Shown here in pieces: positions 26,836 through 34,524 of a stretch of DNA of 64,000 nt. The DNA lies in the NCBI GenBank assembly GCA_039798885.1, contig JBDKFE010000090.1, forward strand, positions 723-64,722, read 5' to 3'. The notes beneath the pieces are model-generated. The model worked only from the letters and a program-made list of their open reading frames with translations, searched no databases and was not told the origin of the DNA. Position 1 is the stretch's first letter; each line of letters starts with the position of its first letter. Made by a program: the position numbers and the translations under genes. Source of the stretch: Pseudomonadota bacterium (GTDB taxonomy: Bacteria > Pseudomonadota > Alphaproteobacteria > Rhodobacterales > Rhodobacteraceae).

Positions 26836-28254
26836 TCAGTCGGCCCCGCCGCTACGGGACGCATAGGCCGCAAGCGCCCGTTCGCGCCCTTCGGCCAAGT
26901 CGACGATCCTTGCAGGATAGGGGCGTGCCGGGTCAAGCCGCCATGACCGGGGCACGGCGTCGAAATAGGCCCGCGCCTCGGCCGGGGGGGTGCGTTGGCC
27001 TTCGGCAAGGAAGCGGCGGCGGTAGGTGCCCTTTGGGTCGAACTTCTCGACCTGCGTGGCGGGGTTGAAGATGCGGAAATAGGGCGCGGCGTCGGGACCG
27101 GAGCCTGCGGCCCATTGCCAGCCCATGGCATTGGCGGCGGGGTCCCAGTCGGTCAGGCAGTCGGCGAACCAGTCCAGCCCGATCTTCCAGTGGGTCATCA
27201 GGTGCTTGGTCAGGTAGGAGGCGACGATCATCCGGCCCCGGTTGTGCATGGTGCCAGTGACATACATTTCCCGCATGGCGGCATCGACGAAGGGTTCGCC
27301 CGTCATGCCGCGCCGCCACGCCTCGGCCTTGGGGCCGTCACCGGACCAAGGAAAGGCGTCCCATTCGGGTTTCCAGTTGCGGATCGTGATGTGCGGCGTG
27401 TGGTGCATCAGGTGATAAGAGAATTCGCGCCACACGAGTTCCTTCAGGAAGGTTTCGGCCCCCGGCAGGCCCCGGTCGAAGGCGGCATAGGCGGCGTGCC
27501 AGACGCGGCGGATGCCGATCTCGCCAAGCGAGAGGTTTTCGGACAGGCGCGAGGTGCCGGGGATGCCGGGCAGATCGCGGGCGGTGTCGTAATCCGCGAC
27601 GGGGCCGGACAGGAAGGCAGAGAGGCGGTCGTGCGCGGCGTCTTCGCCCACGCGGATATGGGGGGCGACGATGGCGGCACCCCGGTTCATGGCCGCGCCC
27701 ATGTGCCAGTCCTCCAGCCGGTCGGAGGCGGGCCATGTATCCGGCGCGGGCAGGCGTGCGGGGGCGGCATGGGGTTCGGCGACGGCGCGCGCGCGGACGG
27801 CGCGCCAGTAGGGGGTGTAGACGCGGTAAAAGCCCCCCTGCCCCGTCTGCACCGTCCAAGGTTCGTGCAAAAGGTGTCCCGAATAGCTTTCGGCGGTCAG
27901 GCCACGGGCGCGGAGCGCGGCCTTCACCTCTGTGTCGCGCGCCTTGGACGCGGGATCATAGAGCCGCGACCACAGCACGCCCTGCGCGCCGGTTTCTGCG
28001 ATCAGGGCAAGAAGGGTATCGAGCGCGGGGCCACGGCGGAGGATGAGGCGGGAGCCTGCGGCGTGAAGGGTGCGGGCGAAGGTTTCCAGCCCCAGACCGA
28101 GCCGCCATTTCGGGGCAGCGCCCAGCGCTTCGGTTTCTGGGTCGAGGAGGAAGACGGGGATGAGGGGGCGGCCCGTGGCAAGGGCGGCAGAGAGCATCGG
28201 CAGGTCGTCAAGCCGCAGGTCGCGGCGGAACCAGAGGATGAGGGGGGAGGTCAT
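26836..28254 (-). CDS. phr: Deoxyribodipyrimidine photolyase / cryptochrome family flavoprotein
   Basis: 472 aa. N-terminus ILWFRRDLRLDD, with FAD-domain motifs WREF, TGEPFVDAAMREM, GTMHNRGRMIVASYL and GWQW. Confidence 0.9.
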   Translation of the reverse strand: MTSPLILWFRRDLRLDDLPMLSAALATGRPLIPVFLLDPETEALGAAPKWRLGLGLETFARTLHAAGSRLILRRGPALDTLLALIAETGAQGVLWSRLYDPASKARDTEVKAALRARGLTAESYSGHLLHEPWTVQTGQGGFYRVYTPYWRAVRARAVAEPHAAPARLPAPDTWPASDRLEDWHMGAAMNRGAAIVAPHIRVGEDAAHDRLSAFLSGPVADYDTARDLPGIPGTSRLSENLSLGEIGIRRVWHAAYAAFDRGLPGAETFLKELVWREFSYHLMHHTPHITIRNWKPEWDAFPWSGDGPKAEAWRRGMTGEPFVDAAMREMYVTGTMHNRGRMIVASYLTKHLMTHWKIGLDWFADCLTDWDPAANAMGWQWAAGSGPDAAPYFRIFNPATQVEKFDPKGTYRRRFLAEGQRTPPAEARAYFDAVPRSWRLDPARPYPARIVDLAEGRERALAAYASRSGGAD

Positions 28255-28280
28255 GCGCGCATTCTGTTCTGTTTGAGGGT

Positions 28281-28308
28281 GTTACGCGCGGGGGGTGGGG
28301 CCGGATCA
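28281..28308 (-). promoter_or_regulatory. ECF sigma-E (RpoE-ChrR group)-type promoter candidate for the photolyase
   Basis: The minus strand reads TGATCC (28308-28303), a 16-nt spacer, then CGTAAC (28286-28281), 26 nt before ATG 28254. This matches the TGATCC...CGTA motif described for the singlet-oxygen sigma factor group. Confidence 0.45.
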
Positions 28309-28566
28309 CTTTGCGGGGTGGGGATGGGGGGCGTTCCCGGTCAGGTGCTGTTGGCACGCGGCAGGAGGGGGGCGGGGCGATTGCCACGCGGGCCTTTGTG
28401 GCAAGGGTGATGGCTGAGGGTCGCGCTACTTCGGCGGTGAATTGGACGCGGCGACGGGCAAAACGGCAGGGTGGCGACAGCGCCGCTGGGGCGACCGCCA
28501 ACCCTGCATTCGGGGCGCGCGTGATGTTAGGCGCTGCGTCCCTGCGCTTGGATGGAGGGGGGCGGT

Positions 28567-29796
28567 TTACAGCACCGCGTCCAGCGCCGTGATGAGCCGG
28601 TCCACGTCTTCGGCGCTGGTGTAATGCACCCCGCTCATCCGCAGCACGCCTTTGCTGAGGTCTACCCCCATCGCCGTCAGGGGGCGGACGGCGTAGAAGT
28701 CGCCCGCCCAGCAGGCGATGCCGCGCTTGCCGAGTTCGACCGAGACGGGTTCGGCGGCGCGTCCAAGGTCCACGGCCACGGTCGGGGCGCGCTGTGCCGC
28801 GTTGCGGGGGCCGATCAGGCGGATGTCGTTGCGCGCGGCGAGATGGTCGAGCAGCGGCTGGATCACCGCCACTTCCTGCGCGCGCATCAGGTCATGGACG
28901 CCCCGGTTCCGGGCGGCGGGATCGCCCGCGATGCCGTGATGGGCGGCGAGAGCGTCGATGTAATCGGCCATGCCCGCGCAGGCCGCGATCTGGGCATGGT
29001 CGGGGCCTGCGGGGGTGAAGCGTTTGTAGAGCGTGGCGTTGTTGAAGTAATGCGCCTGACCGGGAAGTTCGGTGCCGAAGGCTTCGCGGATGACCATGAT
29101 GCCTTGGTGGGGGCCATAGGTTTTGTAGGCGGAGAAAAGATAGACATCGCAGCCCAAGGCCGGGATGTCGGGGAAGCCGTGGGGGGCATAGCTGACGCCG
29201 TCCACCACGGTCCGCGCACCTGCCGCGCGGGCGATGGCCGCGATGGCGGCGACGTCGTTGATTTCGGCGATCACGTTGGAGCAATGGGGGAAGCAGACAA
29301 GGCGCACTTTGCCGTCCGCCAACAGCGCCGTCAGGCTGTCGACCGAGAGGGAGCCGGTCTGGGGGTCAAGCTTCCATTCGCGGACTTCGATCCCTTCATC
29401 GGCAAGGCGGCGCCAGACGCCGGAATTCGCCTCGTGGTCCTGATCTGTGACGACGATGGCAAGGCCCTTGCCGGACAGCCATTTTCGCACCGCCTGCGCC
29501 AGAACATAGGTGTTCGCGCTGGTCGAGGGTCCGAAGGACACCTCTTGGCGCGCGACGCCCATCATGGCGGCAAGGCGGGTGCGGGCCTCGTCCATCTCGG
29601 CCCCGCCGGCCTGCGCGCCGGGATAGGGGGCGTAGGGCTGGACCTTGCGGTCGGTGTAGAAGCGGTGAAGGCGGTCGACGACTTGGCGACAGGGGAAGGA
29701 GCCGCCCGCATTTTCGAAAAAGGCATGGGTGGAGAGGACGGGGGACTGGAACGCAGGGAAGTTGGCGCGGACGAAGTCAAGGTCGAGGGTGGTCAT
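28567..29796 (-). CDS. Aminotransferase class-V-fold PLP-dependent enzyme (cysteine-desulfurase-like)
   Basis: ORF 28567..30156 trimmed to ATG 29796 (MTTLDLDFVRANFPAF...). PLP-lysine region LFSAYKTYGPHQG. The 120 upstream codons are Arg/Pro-rich non-coding read-through. Confidence 0.8.
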   Translation of the reverse strand: MTTLDLDFVRANFPAFQSPVLSTHAFFENAGGSFPCRQVVDRLHRFYTDRKVQPYAPYPGAQAGGAEMDEARTRLAAMMGVARQEVSFGPSTSANTYVLAQAVRKWLSGKGLAIVVTDQDHEANSGVWRRLADEGIEVREWKLDPQTGSLSVDSLTALLADGKVRLVCFPHCSNVIAEINDVAAIAAIARAAGARTVVDGVSYAPHGFPDIPALGCDVYLFSAYKTYGPHQGIMVIREAFGTELPGQAHYFNNATLYKRFTPAGPDHAQIAACAGMADYIDALAAHHGIAGDPAARNRGVHDLMRAQEVAVIQPLLDHLAARNDIRLIGPRNAAQRAPTVAVDLGRAAEPVSVELGKRGIACWAGDFYAVRPLTAMGVDLSKGVLRMSGVHYTSAEDVDRLITALDAVL

Positions 29797-30120
29797 TCGG
29801 GGGCATCCCTTCAGGTTTCGGTCGCCACCGGGCCGGGATGCCCGCACGGGCGGGCGGGTCCCGGTCCGTGGCAGGTCTTCCAGCCAGCCTGACGGGTGTC
29901 TCTCCGGCAGGCAGAGGGGCGCGAGGACCCTCGGGGGATTGGTAGCGCGGGGGGGATGGGGGGTGCAAGGGGTTGGTGTCGCGAAACAGCGCAGGCCACG
30001 TTCCCCTCTCGGCCTGTGCGCAGCATGAGGGTGGCGGCCGCCCCGGGGGGGCGGGACGGCCGCCACCCGGGCCTTTGGGGCCCGGGTGAGGACCAACCGT
30101 CGCGCTTCCCTCTGGCACCG
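29797..30120 (-). promoter_or_regulatory. Long structured 5' leader; candidate cobalamin-riboswitch-like element with an SD-sequestering hairpin
   Basis: The minus-strand RNA contains these blocks in order: GGTGCC, AGGGAAGC, CGGTTGGTCC, GTCCCGCC, GCCACC, GGGGAACG, and the B12-box-like GCTGGAAGACCTGCC (29885-29870). GGGCATCCC (29843-29835) is complementary to the SD-containing GGGATGCCC (29809-29801) just before the ATG. Not validated by a covariance model. Confidence 0.35.
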
Positions 30121-30142
30121 CCTTGCGGTGGTGCCCCTGCCC

Positions 30143-31135
30143 CTACCGCCGCACATCCACCACGACGCGGCCCTTCACCCCCCCTTTCAGGATGGCGCGG
30201 CCAAGTTCTGGCAGGTCGGCGAGGCCGCAGTCCTGCACCATCGAGTCCAGCTTCGCCATCGGCAGTTCGGCCTGTATCCGTTCCCACGCGACGACGCGCT
30301 TTGCGTAGGGGACCATGACGGAGTTGATGCCCAGCAGGTTCACCCCCCGCAGGATGAAGGGTGTGACCTTGGCAGGCAGGTCCGCCCCGCCCGCAAGGCC
30401 GACCGAGGCGACCGAACAGTCCGCCTTCATCTGCCCCAGAACGCGCGCCAGCATCGGGCCGCCGACATTGTCGATGCAACCCGCCCAAAGCTCGGATTCC
30501 AGCGGTTTCTTCACCGTCTCGGCCAGATCCTCGCGCGGGACGATCCGGGTGGCACCCAAGGCGCGGAGATAGCTTTCCGTCTCGGGCCGGCCGGTCACGG
30601 CGGCGACCTGATAGCCGCGCTCGGCCAGCAGCGCCACGGCGACAGAGCCGACGCCGCCCGCAGCCCCGGTCACCAGCACCTCGCCAAGGTCGGGGGTCAG
30701 TCCATGCGCCTCTAGCGCCATGAGGGAGAGCATCGCGGTGAAGCCTGCGGTGCCCACCGCCATCGCCTCGCGCGTGGACAAGCCGGCGGGCAGCGGCACC
30801 AGCCAGTCGGCCTTGACCCGCGCCTTTTCGGCATAGCCGCCCCACCAGCTTTCGCCCACGCGCCAGCCCGTCAGCACCACGCGGTCGCCGGGGCGGTAGC
30901 GCGGATCGTCCGACGATTCGACGGTGCCTGCGAAATCGATGCCCGGCACATGCGGCCAGACCCGCACCATGCCGCCGCCCGATCCGAGGCAGAGCCCGTC
31001 CTTGTAGTTCAGGGTCGACCATTCCACCGCGACGGTGACATCGCCCCCTGCGGGAAGACGCGAGTCCTCCAGTTGCTGCACGCCCGCATGGGTCGCGCCC
31101 GCCTCGTCCTTTTCCACCACCAGCGCCCGGAACAT
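30143..31135 (-). CDS. acuI: YhdH/AcuI-family MDR oxidoreductase (acrylyl-CoA reductase type)
   Basis: 330 aa: MFRALVVEKDE...VAVEWSTLNYKDGLCL...PGIDFAGTV...GWRVGESWWGGYAEKARVKADWLVPLP, typical of YhdH/AcuI. Confidence 0.75.
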   Translation of the reverse strand: MFRALVVEKDEAGATHAGVQQLEDSRLPAGGDVTVAVEWSTLNYKDGLCLGSGGGMVRVWPHVPGIDFAGTVESSDDPRYRPGDRVVLTGWRVGESWWGGYAEKARVKADWLVPLPAGLSTREAMAVGTAGFTAMLSLMALEAHGLTPDLGEVLVTGAAGGVGSVAVALLAERGYQVAAVTGRPETESYLRALGATRIVPREDLAETVKKPLESELWAGCIDNVGGPMLARVLGQMKADCSVASVGLAGGADLPAKVTPFILRGVNLLGINSVMVPYAKRVVAWERIQAELPMAKLDSMVQDCGLADLPELGRAILKGGVKGRVVVDVRR

Positions 31136-31387
31136 GGCCAGAAATCCCCTTCTTGATGCAAAACCCGCCGCGCCTTCCGGCAGGGCGGGGTCGTTTCCGC
31201 CCCAATCACGGGCATTTCGGACAGAAAACGCAACCCCTATCCCTTTGCACCCCTTGCCCTGACGGCCCTCGCTCCCAATTTGCAGATTGTGCTTGAGGGG
31301 CTGTCCGGCCTTTCATACCGTTCCCCCGCCCCGGATGCCGACATGGGAAAGATCGGCCCGGGCAAACAGCAGAAGAGAGGAGCTTAC

Positions 31388-32440
31388 ATGATCCGTGCGA
31401 AACACCTGCTCGCGACCGCGGCCACCCTTGTGGTTCTGACGGGCGCAGCCCGCGCCGCCGACCCCGAGATGGTCGTCTTCGACTGGGCCGGCTGGGAAAT
31501 GGACGGCGTCTTGACCGATTACGTCGCCAAGCACGGGCAAAAGCCCACCTATGCCTTCTTCGCCGATGATGACGAGGCCTTCCAGAAGGTGTCGTCCGGG
31601 TTCAAGTCCGACGTGACCCATCCCTGCGTCGCCTCGCTGCCGCGCTACAAGGAAGCGGGCCTGATCGAGCCGTGGGACACCTCAAAGATCGCCGAGTTCG
31701 ACAAGATCAACCCGGTGCTGATGAATTCCTCGGTCGTTCAGGATGACGGCGGGGTGTGGATCATCCCGACCGATTACGCCTATACCGCCGTGGCCTACAA
31801 CACGACCGAAGTGCCCGAGGCCGATGTGTCGACGCTGCAGGTCTTTGCCGATCCGAAATATGCGGGCCGCATCTCTCTGCCCGACAATTCCGACGACATC
31901 TGGGCGCTGGCCTTCCTTGCGACCGGCGTGACCAGCTGGGACAACGTGACGGACGAACAGTTCCAAGCCGCTGCCGACTGGCTGCGGACCGTGCATCCGA
32001 ACGTGCGCGCCTATTGGGCCGACCCGGCCGAACTGTCGCAGCTGATGGCGACGGGCGAGGTGCTGGTGTCGTGGTCGTGGAATGACGGCGTGGCGCTGCT
32101 GCAGGCCGAGAACTTCCCCATCGGCTTTAACCGTTCGCCCAAGGAAGGCGCGTCGACCTGGTATTGCGGCTATGTGAACATGAAGGACGCCCCCGGGTCC
32201 GAGGACAAGGCCTATGACTTCATCAACTCGATGATGGCGCATGGCTCGGCGGACACCCTGCTTAACGAGCTGGGCTATGCCCATTCCAACACCGCCGCCA
32301 TGGCCGACATCCCGCTGGAGGCACAGCAGGCCGCTTTTGTGGACCCGGTGACGACGACGCTGCTGGCGCAGACGCCGGTGACGTCGGAATTCCGCGAGAA
32401 GATGATTCAGGAGTTCGAGAACATCAAGGCGGGCTTCTGA
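31388..32440 (+). CDS. PotD/PotF-type periplasmic polyamine-binding protein (orphan, no permease/ATPase adjacent)
   Basis: ORF from 31280 trimmed to ATG 31388 (AGAGGAG SD). Signal peptide MIRAKHLLATAATLVVLTGAARA. Confidence 0.8.
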   Translation: MIRAKHLLATAATLVVLTGAARAADPEMVVFDWAGWEMDGVLTDYVAKHGQKPTYAFFADDDEAFQKVSSGFKSDVTHPCVASLPRYKEAGLIEPWDTSKIAEFDKINPVLMNSSVVQDDGGVWIIPTDYAYTAVAYNTTEVPEADVSTLQVFADPKYAGRISLPDNSDDIWALAFLATGVTSWDNVTDEQFQAAADWLRTVHPNVRAYWADPAELSQLMATGEVLVSWSWNDGVALLQAENFPIGFNRSPKEGASTWYCGYVNMKDAPGSEDKAYDFINSMMAHGSADTLLNELGYAHSNTAAMADIPLEAQQAAFVDPVTTTLLAQTPVTSEFREKMIQEFENIKAGF

Positions 32441-32462
32441 TCCAACGCCTAGGCCAGATCGG

Positions 32463-32493
32463 GGCCGACCGGGACATCCCGGTCGGCCTTTTT
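32463..32493 (+). terminator. Intrinsic terminator
   Basis: GGCCGACCGGGA-ca-TCCCGGTCGGCC followed by TTTTT, 23 nt after the stop at 32440. Confidence 0.75.
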
Positions 32494-32506
32494 CATGTCT
32501 GCGGGG

Positions 32507-32646
32507 CAAAATTCTTCTGCGAAGAATTTTGGGGCGATCTTTCTGCGAAAGATCGGCTGCGCTGTCGGGCGATCACAACGGTGAGGCTGGGCAGGGATCT
32601 TTCGCCAGAAAGATCGGCACGAAGGATTTTCGCCAGAAAATCCTTC
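32507..32646 (+). repeat. Array of four perfect AT-rich-stem palindromes
   Basis: CAAAATTCTTC-TGC-GAAGAATTTTG (32507-32531), GATCTTTC-TGC-GAAAGATC (32536-32554), GATCTTTC-GCCA-GAAAGATC (32596-32615) and GAAGGATTTTC-GCCA-GAAAATCCTTC (32621-32646). The spacer GGTGAGGCTGGGCAGGGATCTT resembles the reverse complement of 63336-63357. Confidence 0.7.
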
Positions 32647-32671
32647 TCTGCCCGAATGCGGCGCGCACCGC

Positions 32672-32700
32672 TTGCAGCCCCCTGCCCCGCCCCCTATATT
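32672..32700 (+). promoter_or_regulatory. Sigma-70-type promoter of the tmRNA gene
   Basis: TTGCAG (32672-32677), a 17-nt spacer, then TATATT (32695-32700). The predicted start near 32707 fits the expected 5' end of the acceptor piece. Confidence 0.55.
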
Positions 32701-32706
32701 CCAGCC

Positions 32707-33031
32707 TGTCAGGGGCAACCCTGACTATGGCGATAAACGCACCTGTAATAGACGGCTCGGACCCGGGGGCGGTACCCGGCGGCTCCACCAAACTCACCCG
32801 GTCATTGCGGGGGTAAGGGGCCGAAATAGGATCGACGAACGTTCAAAGAGGCCAGCTTTCGCTCGGTGAGGTACCACCGTTATCGGTCCAAGATCACAGT
32901 TGCCAATGACAACCGTGCTCCGGTGGCGCTGGCTGCGTAAGCAGCTCGCAATACCAAATCTAAGTCCTTGCGCTTAGCCGCGTAAGGCGGGGTTCGCAGG
33001 TACCTGGCAACAGAAACCTGCACTTTCCCCC
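32707..33031 (+). ncRNA. ssrA: Permuted two-piece tmRNA (alphaproteobacterial ssrA): acceptor piece, intervening segment, coding piece
   Basis: The acceptor piece ends ...CGGCGGCTCCACCA at 32790. The coding piece starts GGGGCCGAAATAGGATCGACG at 32817, and GGGGCCG/CGGCTCC pair with a G3:U70. The tag reading frame GCC AAT GAC AAC CGT GCT CCG GTG GCG CTG GCT GCG TAA (32902-32940) gives ANDNRAPVALAA. The outer ends are approximate. Confidence 0.85.
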
Positions 33032-33037
33032 CTGCCA

Positions 33038-33490
33038 TCATGCCGCGCCGATGATCGCCGCGAGCTTGCCCAGCGTTTGAAGGCCCAGCGCCTCGGCGCC
33101 GAAGCCCTTGGCCTGCGCGCAGTCCTCGGCGGTGATGAAGACCATGGTCAGCGTCACCCGCGTCCCCGCGCCTTCGGCCACGAAATCGGCCGCCGCATCG
33201 GCATGTTTCGGGCCGTTCTCGCCCCAGAGCAGCATGTATTCGATGCGCGCGCCGGGGTGGATGCGGCCGTAGCGGTGGTGGTTGGGATAGACCGTGCCGT
33301 CCGGGCCAATCATATCGAAGACCCAATCGCCCCCTTCGCGCAGGTCGATCCGGCTGGTGCGGCAGGAAAAGCCCGCAGGCCCCCACCAGCGCGGCAGGCT
33401 GTCGGGGGTCCACCATGCGGACCAGACCACATCGACCGGGGCGGCGATGTGGCGGCTGATCGTCATCGTGCGGTTGGCAAGGTCCATCAC
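33038..33490 (-). CDS. SRPBCC (Aha1/START-like) domain protein
   Basis: 150 aa: ...ISRHIAAPVDVVWSAWWTPDSLPRWWGP... Confidence 0.8.
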   Translation of the reverse strand: MMDLANRTMTISRHIAAPVDVVWSAWWTPDSLPRWWGPAGFSCRTSRIDLREGGDWVFDMIGPDGTVYPNHHRYGRIHPGARIEYMLLWGENGPKHADAAADFVAEGAGTRVTLTMVFITAEDCAQAKGFGAEALGLQTLGKLAAIIGAA

Positions 33491-33972
33491 TTCAGGCCCT
33501 GTGCATAGGACTCAAGCTGTGTGGCGACTGTGCCCCAGCCGTCGTGAAAGCCCATCTCGGCATGCTGCTTTGCGGTCTCTGCGCTGCGGTGCCGCGCGAT
33601 GGCGGTATAGCGGGTGCGGCCATTGCCGAGATCTTCAAAGGTCAGGATCGCGGTCATAAAGGGTTCGGGCGCGGGTTTCCAACCTGCGGTATAGGTGTCG
33701 GTGAAGACGAGCTTTTCGTTCGGGACGACCTCCAGATAGACGCCTTTGTTCACCATCTCGGTCCCGTCCACGTCGAAGGTGGTGTTGCAGGCCCCGCCCA
33801 CGCGCAGGTCCAGATGGCAGGCCGTCACGCGATGCGGTTTCGGCACGAACCAGTGGATCAGGTGTTCCGGCTTGGTCCAGCAGTCATAGATCACCTCGCG
33901 CGGGGCGTTCAGGTCGCGCTGTAGGACAAGGTCCAGCGCGGGGTCGAAATCGGGCAGGTCTTGCGGGGTCAT
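33487..33972 (-). CDS. SRPBCC (Aha1/START-like) domain protein
   Basis: ORF 33487..34236 trimmed to ATG 33972 (MTPQDLPDFDP...). Forms ATGA overlaps with both neighbours. Confidence 0.8.
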   Translation of the reverse strand: MTPQDLPDFDPALDLVLQRDLNAPREVIYDCWTKPEHLIHWFVPKPHRVTACHLDLRVGGACNTTFDVDGTEMVNKGVYLEVVPNEKLVFTDTYTAGWKPAPEPFMTAILTFEDLGNGRTRYTAIARHRSAETAKQHAEMGFHDGWGTVATQLESYAQGLK

Positions 33973-34310
33973 GTCTCGCGTTCCTTCATGAGGCGGGTCA
34001 CGTAATCGTCCAGCCGGTCGAGCCGCGCGTTCCAAAGCGCGCGCTGGTCGTCCAGCCAATGCTGCATCGGCGCCAGCGCCTGCGGGACAAAGGCGCAGGA
34101 GCGGACGCGGCCATCCTTGGCGGTGGTGATCAGCCCTGCCGCCTGCAGCACCGACAGATGCCGCAGGATGGTCGGAAGACTTAGGCCGGTCGGACCGGCC
34201 AGTTCCGTCACCGCCGCAGGGCCCTTTGCCAGACATTCCACCATCGCCCGCCGCGTCGGATCAGAGAGGGCGTGGAACAGGAGCGAGAGGTCGGGGTCAT
34301 GCTTAGCCAT
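33969..34310 (-). CDS. ArsR/SmtB-family transcriptional regulator
   Basis: HTH ...LFHALSDPTRRAMVECLAKGPAAVTELA... The start is taken at MAKHDPDL (34310), with an alternative at 34325. Confidence 0.85.
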   Translation of the reverse strand: MAKHDPDLSLLFHALSDPTRRAMVECLAKGPAAVTELAGPTGLSLPTILRHLSVLQAAGLITTAKDGRVRSCAFVPQALAPMQHWLDDQRALWNARLDRLDDYVTRLMKERET

Positions 34311-34524
34311 AAAGCTAAGTATCACGAACCGCCCAAATCGGAAAGGCGGAAACCTATCCTAATAACAAAGTGTTGACGACCCCATCGCCCGCCGCGCCAT
34401 TCTACGCACCGCGTTGAAACTGCTGTCCGGAATTCGCGGCAAATTCCCCAGCCCGGATGTTGCGGCGGTCCGGCACCTTTGGTTAGTGTGCCGTGGCATA
34501 CCGAAACCGAAGGGGGGCGCAGGG

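Noticed and set aside
29797-30156. 120-codon N-terminal extension of the class-V aminotransferase ORF (MCGGRGRGTTARRCQ...).
   Set aside because: The composition is Arg/Pro-rich and non-protein-like. The conserved enzyme begins at MTTLDLDF (29796). The region is better explained as a structured leader plus a repeat.
32507-32646. Possible CRISPR array, because of regularly spaced short palindromic repeats.
   Set aside because: The palindromes differ in sequence and length (19-26 nt), and the spacing is irregular and far shorter than CRISPR spacers. There is no constant repeat unit, no leader and no cas genes.
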